This document shows positions 57,592-64,000 of a DNA stretch of 64,000 nt, piece by piece (position 1 is the first letter of the stretch; each line of letters opens with the position of its first letter). The notes beneath the pieces are model-generated. The model was not told the origin of the DNA, did no database searches, and worked only from the letters and a program-made list of their open reading frames with translations. The stretch is from an uncultured virus (IMG/VR IMGVR_UViG_3300014676_000001) (taxonomy: Duplodnaviria; Heunggongvirae; Uroviricota; Caudoviricetes), in the IMG/VR virus record IMGVR_UViG_3300014676_000001, positions 1 through 64,000 of that record; one strand, written 5' to 3'. Both the position numbers and the translations under genes were made by a program.

Positions 57592-58383
57592 ATGTCAGGA
57601 CCTGTAAGCATCAGTCATGTAGCAACGATGTCTAAACCGTTTGGTGTAAACGTCGAATGGAAATGGCCAAATGGCAGCAGCTGGTTTTCCAAGCTGGAAC
57701 TGCAATGCCTCCGCGAAGACGGGCGGCTAGTGAAAGAGTGCATATATTATCCGAATACTAGCCATCTTATTTCCGGTCTTAAAAGTGGTGAGCGCGTGCA
57801 GGTACGGGTGCGCATCGTCGCAGCGAACGGTTCTATCCGAGACTGGCAGGTTAGTGACTGGATTCAAGGCGAATCATCTGTTGATGCTGGCGATATCGCC
57901 CAGTGGTTGGAAGACGAAATCCGGAACAGTGAGACGTTTAAAGTATTTCGTGGCCAGTGCTTTATTAACGAAGCAAAGATAGGCAATGGCATCGTTTCTA
58001 CGAACTATAACGTGAAGTTGAACGTCGTCGACAAAGGCAAACTGCACGAAGCTGGCATGACTCTCGGTGTTGAAGATGGCCAGAGCAACGTTGAGTTTAT
58101 GGCTGATCGCTTTCATGTGCATGAAGCCGCTCAATCAATTATCGGAAACGCCGTCGCAACAAAAACGAAGATAAATATCGCACTTGGCGATGAAACGAAG
58201 CAGGCCGTCATTGATGCCGTGCGTGAAAGCGATTTGTTCGCATCCCTCCAGGCAAAGATTGAAGCGCAAACAGCTTCAGTAGTTGGCTTGCAACAGGCGA
58301 TGCACGAAGCTGTGAACGATGCTCTCCGCAACGCGCTCAAGCCAGGCGGTGCGGTATGGGCTCGGATGAAACATGGATTTTGA
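57592..58383 (+). CDS. Mini tail-tip J-related protein
   Basis: FN3-like start; AGMTLGVEDG...MADRFHV resembles the J C-terminal domain in this window. Confidence 0.7.
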   Translation: MSGPVSISHVATMSKPFGVNVEWKWPNGSSWFSKLELQCLREDGRLVKECIYYPNTSHLISGLKSGERVQVRVRIVAANGSIRDWQVSDWIQGESSVDAGDIAQWLEDEIRNSETFKVFRGQCFINEAKIGNGIVSTNYNVKLNVVDKGKLHEAGMTLGVEDGQSNVEFMADRFHVHEAAQSIIGNAVATKTKINIALGDETKQAVIDAVRESDLFASLQAKIEAQTASVVGLQQAMHEAVNDALRNALKPGGAVWARMKHGF

Positions 58384-58412
58384 TGCCTGTCCCAGCGCCC
58401 TCCGGGTTGCAT

Positions 58413-58454
58413 GGGTCCTTTCCGGCAATCCGGCCTGTTACGGGGCGGCGTCCG
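58413..58454 (+). other. cos: cos site: cosQ and N15-type cosN
   Basis: GGGTCCT at 58413; TTACG-GGGCGGCGTCCG-CG with 12-nt end at 58443-58454; upstream of nu1. Confidence 0.92.
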
Positions 58455-58530
58455 CGCAGATTCTCGCTATATATGAAAATTTTGGACATGAGGTTGTTGT
58501 TTAATCATTGCTGAAAACAGGTGAGGAAAT

Positions 58531-59037
58531 ATGGCCGTGCTATTGAATAAATCTGATATGGCTTCCTCGCTGGGAATATCTGTCCAGGCCTTTGATAAAT
58601 GGGGCGTCCAGCCTGTAGAGAAGAAAGGGAGAGAAGTCTTCTTTGACGTTCGCTCAGTCGTTGATAACCGCATCGAACACCAGAGCCGAAAACTACAACC
58701 ATCGCCAGGCGAGGACGATGATAGCGTCAATATTGATTATGAACGTTGGCGTTTAACTCGTGCGAATGCGGATGCGGCGGAACTGGCAAATGAGAAAAAG
58801 CGTCGCGAGGTCGTAGAGACAGCGTTTTGTACCTTCGTGTTATCCAGAATAGCCGCTGAAATATCCAGTATTCTGGATGGCATCCCACTCTCGATGCAGC
58901 GCCGTTTCCCTGAACTGGAAAATCGGCATATCGAGTTCCTGAAAGGGGACGTAATAAAGGCGATGAATAAGGCTGCGGCGCTGGATGAACGGATTCCGGG
59001 GTTGTTGAATGATTATATCGACCAGTCAGGTAGCTAA
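58531..59037 (+). CDS. nu1: Terminase small subunit
   Basis: wHTH, DYERWRLTRANADAAEL, VVETAFCTFVLSRIA. Confidence 0.93.
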   Translation: MAVLLNKSDMASSLGISVQAFDKWGVQPVEKKGREVFFDVRSVVDNRIEHQSRKLQPSPGEDDDSVNIDYERWRLTRANADAAELANEKKRREVVETAFCTFVLSRIAAEISSILDGIPLSMQRRFPELENRHIEFLKGDVIKAMNKAAALDERIPGLLNDYIDQSGS

Positions 59038-60931
59038 TCTGCGAACAGCGGTAAAAGCTGGTCTGAAATCACTATACCGCCCGGAACCCATGACAGCTGT
59101 CGAATGGGCCGATGCGCATTATTACCTTCCGAAGGAATCCGCTTATCAGGAAGGGCGCTGGGAAACACTGCCATTTCAGCGCGCGATCATGAATGCGATG
59201 GGCAGCGACTATATTCGCATTGTTAACGTAATTAAGTCGGCGCGAGTGGGCTATTCGAAAATGCTCCTCGGCGTCATTGCTTATTTCATCGAGCATAAAC
59301 AACGTAATGAGTTGCTGTGGCTGCCGACCGACGGCGACGCAGATAATTTCATGAAGTCACACGTTGAACCGACGATTCGTGATGTTCCCTCATTGCTGTC
59401 GCTCGCCCCCTGGTACGGGAAAAAACACAGGGACAACACCCTGTCCATGAAGCGTTTTACGAACGGACGCGGTTTCTGGTGCCTGGGTGGTAAATCTGCA
59501 AAGAACTATCGCGAAAAATCTGTCGATGTTGTTGGTTACGATGAGCTGGCTGCGTTTGATGCAGACATTGAGAAAGAAGGGTCTCCGACCTTCCTGGGGG
59601 ATAAGCGTATTGAGGGTTCTGTTTGGCCCAAATCCATACGCGGCTCAACACCAAAATTGCGTGGAACGTGCCAGATAGAGCGAGCAGCAAAAGAGTCCGG
59701 GCATTTTATGCGTTTTCATGTTGCATGCCCGCATTGTGGTGAGGAGCAGTACCTCAAATTTGGCGATCGGGATACGCCTTTCGGCTTCAAATGGGAGCCA
59801 GAGCAGGCTGAGACGGTTTACTACCTCTGTGAACATAATGCCTGTGTCATTAAGCAGCATGAACTGGACTTTTCCAACGCTCGTTACATTTGCGAACTGA
59901 CAGGAATATGGACTCGTGACGGACTTCGTTGGTTCTCATCTTCCAATGCAGAAATCGACCCACCTGAAAGCGTAACCTTCCACATCTGGACAGCTTATAG
60001 CCCGTTCACCACCTGGGTACAGATTGTGAAAGACTGGTTCAAAACGCAAGGTGATACGGGTAAACGTAAGACATTCGTTAACACCACCTTGGGTGAGACG
60101 TGGGAAGCGAAAATCGGTGATCGCCCCGATGCGGATGTTTTAGCTGAGCGCATAGAGCACTTTGATGCAGCCGTACCTGAGCGAGTGGCATATCTGACGG
60201 CGGGTATAGATTCCCAGCTCGACCGTTACGAAATGCGTGTATGGGGGTGGGGACCAGGCGAGGAAAGTTGGCTTATCGACAGGCAAATCATCATGGGACG
60301 TCACGATGATGAGTCAACTCTTGCGCGTGTGGATGAGGCGATTAACAAGACATATACACGCCGAAACGGTGTAGAAATGCCTATTTCCCGTATTTGCTGG
60401 GATATCGGTGGTATTGATCCCACTATCGTCTACAACCGCTCAAAAAAACACGGTTTGTTTCGCGTGATCCCGATAAAGGGTGCTTCGGTTTATGGAAAAC
60501 CAGTGGCGAACATGCCACGTAAGCGCAACAAAAACGGTGTTTATCTGACTGAAGTGGGTACTGATACCGCTAAAGAGCAGATTTATAACCGCTTCACGCT
60601 GATTGTTGAAGGTGACGAGCCTCTGGCCGGTGCCGTTCACTTCCCTAATAACCCCGATATTTACGATCTTTCAGAGGCGCAGCAGCTGACCGCTGAAGAA
60701 CTGGTCGAGAAGTGGGTCGATGGTAAAAGAAAAATCATATGGGACAGCAAAAAAAGGCGAAATGAGGCTCTGGATTGCTTCGTTTACGCACTGGCGGCGC
60801 TTCGTATCAGCATATCACGCTGGCAGCTTAACCTTGATTCGCTTCTGGCCAGCCTGCTGGAAGAAGAAGGCTCCCGTAACAATAACAAGACCCTGGCGGA
60901 TTACGCGCGGGCTTTATCTGGAGAGGAATAA
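59009..60931 (+). CDS. A: Terminase large subunit gpA
   Basis: [26 protein letters not shown]. Confidence 0.96.
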   Translation: MIISTSQVANLRTAVKAGLKSLYRPEPMTAVEWADAHYYLPKESAYQEGRWETLPFQRAIMNAMGSDYIRIVNVIKSARVGYSKMLLGVIAYFIEHKQRNELLWLPTDGDADNFMKSHVEPTIRDVPSLLSLAPWYGKKHRDNTLSMKRFTNGRGFWCLGGKSAKNYREKSVDVVGYDELAAFDADIEKEGSPTFLGDKRIEGSVWPKSIRGSTPKLRGTCQIERAAKESGHFMRFHVACPHCGEEQYLKFGDRDTPFGFKWEPEQAETVYYLCEHNACVIKQHELDFSNARYICELTGIWTRDGLRWFSSSNAEIDPPESVTFHIWTAYSPFTTWVQIVKDWFKTQGDTGKRKTFVNTTLGETWEAKIGDRPDADVLAERIEHFDAAVPERVAYLTAGIDSQLDRYEMRVWGWGPGEESWLIDRQIIMGRHDDESTLARVDEAINKTYTRRNGVEMPISRICWDIGGIDPTIVYNRSKKHGLFRVIPIKGASVYGKPVANMPRKRNKNGVYLTEVGTDTAKEQIYNRFTLIVEGDEPLAGAVHFPNNPDIYDLSEAQQLTAEELVEKWVDGKRKIIWDSKKRRNEALDCFVYALAALRISISRWQLNLDSLLASLLEEEGSRNNNKTLADYARALSGEE

Positions 60932-61137
60932 TGGCAACACAGACTGAACTGGATGCCGCGCGCGCAGCGTTACATGACCTGATGATGGGTAAACGGGTGG
61001 CAACGGTACAGAAAGATGGCCGAAGGGTGGAATTTACAGCTACTTCAGTCAGCGATCTGAAAAAGTACATTGCCGACCTTGAATCTCAGGTAGGAAACAC
61101 ATCACGACGCCGGGGGCCAGCAAGGTTTTACGTATGA
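60931..61137 (+). CDS. W: Head-tail joining protein gpW
   Basis: [26 protein letters not shown]. Confidence 0.95.
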   Translation: MATQTELDAARAALHDLMMGKRVATVQKDGRRVEFTATSVSDLKKYIADLESQVGNTSRRRGPARFYV

Positions 61138-62723
61138 CAATACCTTCTTTAGTTGGTCCGGACGGAAAAACGTCTCTGCGAGAATATGCTGGGTACCATG
61201 CCGGAGGCAGCGGTTTCGGTGGGCAATTGAACGCCTGGAATCCTCAGAGTGAAAGTGCTGATGCTGCACTTCTGCCTAATTTCTCCCGTGGAAATGCCCG
61301 TGCTGACGATCTGGTTAGAAATAATGGCTATGCGGCTAACGCCGTGCAGCTTCACCAGGATCACATCGTCGGTTCATTTTTCAGACTGAGTTACTGCCCT
61401 AGCTGGCGTTATCTCGGCATTAAAGAAGAGGAAAGCCGCGCGTTTGCCAGGGAGGTGGAGGCCGCCTGGTATGAATATGCGGAGGATGATTTTTGCGGAG
61501 TCGATGCCGAGCGCAAGCGGACGTTTACGATGATGATCCGCGAAGGAGTTGCAACGCATGCATTTAACGGTGAGCTGTGCGTGCAGCCTACTTGGGATAG
61601 TGATTCAACGCGTCTTTTCCGCACGCAGTTTAAAATGGTCAGTCCGAAACGTATCAGTAATCCCAATAATACTGGTGATTCCAGGAACTGTCGGGCAGGT
61701 GTAAAAATTAATGATAGCGGCGCAGCGCTGGGATATTACGTCAGTGATGACGGTTATCCTGGCTGGATGGCGCAAAACTGGACCTATATCCCACGTGAAT
61801 TGCCGGGAGGAAGGCCTTCATTTATCCATGTGTTCGAACCCCTGGAAGATGGGCAAACTCGCGGGGCTAATGCGTTTTACAGCGTGATGGAGCAGATGAA
61901 AATGCTCGACACCCTACAAAATACGCAGCTCCAGAGCGCGATAGTAAAGGCGATGTATGCAGCCACCATCGAAAGTGAGTTGGATACCGATACGGCAATG
62001 GACTTTATCCTCGGAGCCGATAGTAAGCAGCAAAATAAGCTGACTGGCTGGCTTGGCGAAATGGCATCTTATTACTCTGCTGCGCCGGTTCGCCTCGGTG
62101 GAGCGAGAGTTCCTCATCTCTTGCCGGGCGATTCCCTGAACCTTCAGTCAGCACAGGATACCGATAACGGCTATTCAACGTTCGAACAATCCCTGCTGCG
62201 TTATATTGCAGCAGGGCTGGGTGTGTCGTATGAGCAGCTTTCACGAAACTACTCCCAGATGAGCTACTCGACCGCACGCGCCAGCGCGAACGAGTCCTGG
62301 GCCTTCTTTATGGGGCGTCGTAAGTTCGTAGCGGCTCGTATGGCCTGTCAGATGTTCGTGTGCTGGCTGGAAGAAGCAATTGCCCGCAGGGTTGTTACGC
62401 TCCCTTCTAATGCGAGATTTAGCTTCCAGGAAGCGAGAACAGCCTGGGGTAACGCCAACTGGATTGGTTCGGGGCGCATGGCTATTGATGGGCTGAAGGA
62501 GGTGCAGGAGGCCGTCATGCTGATTGAAGCTGGTCTCAGCACTTATGAGAAGGAGTGTGCCAAACGCGGAGACGACTATCAGGAAATATTCTCTCAGCAG
62601 GTACGTGAGACTATGGAGCGCCGTCAAGCGGGGCTCAAACCTCCTGCATGGGCGGCAGCTGCATTTGATGCAGGGCTGAAAAAAACAAATGAGGAGGATA
62701 AAGATGACGCCCGAGCTGCGTAA
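61134..62723 (+). CDS. B: Portal protein gpB
   Basis: [29 protein letters not shown]. Confidence 0.95.
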   Translation: MTIPSLVGPDGKTSLREYAGYHAGGSGFGGQLNAWNPQSESADAALLPNFSRGNARADDLVRNNGYAANAVQLHQDHIVGSFFRLSYCPSWRYLGIKEEESRAFAREVEAAWYEYAEDDFCGVDAERKRTFTMMIREGVATHAFNGELCVQPTWDSDSTRLFRTQFKMVSPKRISNPNNTGDSRNCRAGVKINDSGAALGYYVSDDGYPGWMAQNWTYIPRELPGGRPSFIHVFEPLEDGQTRGANAFYSVMEQMKMLDTLQNTQLQSAIVKAMYAATIESELDTDTAMDFILGADSKQQNKLTGWLGEMASYYSAAPVRLGGARVPHLLPGDSLNLQSAQDTDNGYSTFEQSLLRYIAAGLGVSYEQLSRNYSQMSYSTARASANESWAFFMGRRKFVAARMACQMFVCWLEEAIARRVVTLPSNARFSFQEARTAWGNANWIGSGRMAIDGLKEVQEAVMLIEAGLSTYEKECAKRGDDYQEIFSQQVRETMERRQAGLKPPAWAAAAFDAGLKKTNEEDKDDARAA

Positions 62724-64000
62724 TCTTCCACATATCGCCAGCATGGCCTTTAATGAGCCGTTGCTACTTGAACCCGCCTACGCGCGGGTTTTCTTTTGCG
62801 CGCTGGCAGGGCAGTTGGGAATTACCCGTCTGACCGATTCCGTTTCTGGTGTCACGCTGGGTGCTGAACAGATAGCAGAGCCCCTGGCGCTGTTTGGCGA
62901 TGATGACGATATGGGACCCCGGCCATCACGTAGCTATCAGGTGGCAAATGGAATCGCGGTGTTGCCGGTTTCTGGCACGCTTGTCAGTAAAACCAGATCT
63001 CTTCAGCCCTATTCTGGCATGACGGGCTACAACGGAATTATTGCTCGCCTGCAACAGGCTATCAGTGACCCCGGCGTTGACGGCATTCTGCTGGATATGG
63101 ACACGCCTGGCGGAATGGTGTCGGGGGCTTTCGACTGTGCCGATATCATTGCCCGGATGCGCGATATTAAACCCATCTGGGCTCTGGCGAATGATATGAA
63201 CTGTAGTGCTGGCCAGCTCATTGCCAGTGCTGCATCGCGCAGGATGGTCACACAGACAGCCAGAACGGGCTCCATCGGTGTAATGATGGCTCATAGCAAC
63301 TATGGCGCAGCGCTCAAAACTAACGGCGTTGAGGTCACGTTGATTTACAGCGGTGATCACAAGGTCGACGGCAACCCTTACGGAAAATTACCTGAAGACG
63401 TTCGCGCTGATTTTCAGACGCGTATCGATGCCACTCGTCAGATGTTTGCCGAAAAAGTTTCCGCTTATACCGGTATGTCCGTGCAGGCCGTACTGGACAC
63501 TGAAGCGGCAGTATTCTCCGGCCAGGAATCCGTAGATAACGGACTGGCCGATGAGCTTGTTAACAATACAGATGCGCTCGGCGTGATGCGTGAAGCACTC
63601 GACAGACGCAAAAAAATAACCACTGGAGGAACTATGCCATCACCTTCTGCATCCGCAGCCACCAATAAGACAGCTGAACAGGTAACAACTCAGACTACTG
63701 CACCGGCTGAACAGGTCACCACCATTGACACGACAACCGCTGCCGCAGCTACCCATGAAGATGTCAGTGCTCAGATTTCGGCAGCCGTGTCCGCAGAGAA
63801 CGGTCGCATCATGGGAATCCTTAATTGCGAAGAGGCGAAAGGGCGAGAGTCTCAGGCTCGAGCGCTGGCCGAAACGCCGGGTATGACGGTTGAAAGTGCG
63901 CAGCGCATTCTGGCCGCCGCACCACAAAGCGCCCAGGCGCGCACCGACACGGCACTGGATCGTCTCATGGAAACAGCACCAGGCGCACTCTCAGCAGGCA
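62704..64000 (+). CDS. C: Capsid protease gpC (S49), truncated by window end
   Basis: [38 protein letters not shown]. Confidence 0.93.
   Translation, partial: MTPELRNLPHIASMAFNEPLLLEPAYARVFFCALAGQLGITRLTDSVSGVTLGAEQIAEPLALFGDDDDMGPRPSRSYQVANGIAVLPVSGTLVSKTRSLQPYSGMTGYNGIIARLQQAISDPGVDGILLDMDTPGGMVSGAFDCADIIARMRDIKPIWALANDMNCSAGQLIASAASRRMVTQTARTGSIGVMMAHSNYGAALKTNGVEVTLIYSGDHKVDGNPYGKLPEDVRADFQTRIDATRQMFAEKVSAYTGMSVQAVLDTEAAVFSGQESVDNGLADELVNNTDALGVMREALDRRKKITTGGTMPSPSASAATNKTAEQVTTQTTAPAEQVTTIDTTTAAAATHEDVSAQISAAVSAENGRIMGILNCEEAKGRESQARALAETPGMTVESAQRILAAAPQSAQARTDTALDRLMETAPGALSAG
63634..64000 (+). CDS. Nu3: Scaffold Nu3, in-frame internal start within C (partial)
   Basis: GGAGGA RBS before in-frame ATG 63634; AENGRIMGILNCEEAKGRE. 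Confidence 0.75.
   Translation, partial: MPSPSASAATNKTAEQVTTQTTAPAEQVTTIDTTTAAAATHEDVSAQISAAVSAENGRIMGILNCEEAKGRESQARALAETPGMTVESAQRILAAAPQSAQARTDTALDRLMETAPGALSAG

Larger units (their letters stand above)
25981..64000. mobile_element. N15/phiKO2-like linear plasmid-phage; left boundary uncertain, continues past window
   Basis: N15 gene order cor-fibre-umuD-sopB-sopA-telRL-telN-immA-repA-cB-cro-Q-lysis-cos-nu1-A-W-B-C. Confidence 0.9.

Overview
The whole window is enterobacterial temperate-phage DNA made of two different phage genomes joined through a lambdoid tail module. Left part (1 to about 26 kb): late half of a lambdoid phage with nin genes, RusA, Q, a lysis cassette, a PBSX-type terminase/DUF1073-type head, tail genes, a P22 immI-like arc/ant/sar module and several morons. 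The tail-tip gene J contains a scaffold gap at 25971-25980. Right part (26-34 kb to the end): an N15/phiKO2-like linear plasmid-phage in N15 gene order: cor, tail fibre, umuD-like gene, sopBA, a 56-bp telRL palindrome, protelomerase telN, the immA anti-immunity locus, repA, cB/cro/Q, antC, a type II TA pair, a methylase, lysis genes, an N15-type cos site and lambda-like nu1-A-W-B-C. The most unusual signals are: (1) three C4/CA-type antisense RNAs with a conserved scaffold but different recognition loops, only one of which has canonical targets here; (2) an unannotated timP/timR-like type I toxin-antitoxin locus whose antitoxin transcript runs straight into the two extra C4 RNAs; (3) a three-cassette tail-fibre shufflon driven by a serine invertase; (4) two moron cassettes sharing a ~100-bp leader and a convergent MTL-x-x-RV mini-ORF; (5) a permuted mini-J gene next to cos. 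The two-phage junction may be an assembly chimera. All family assignments are from recognition of motifs and gene order, not database searches.
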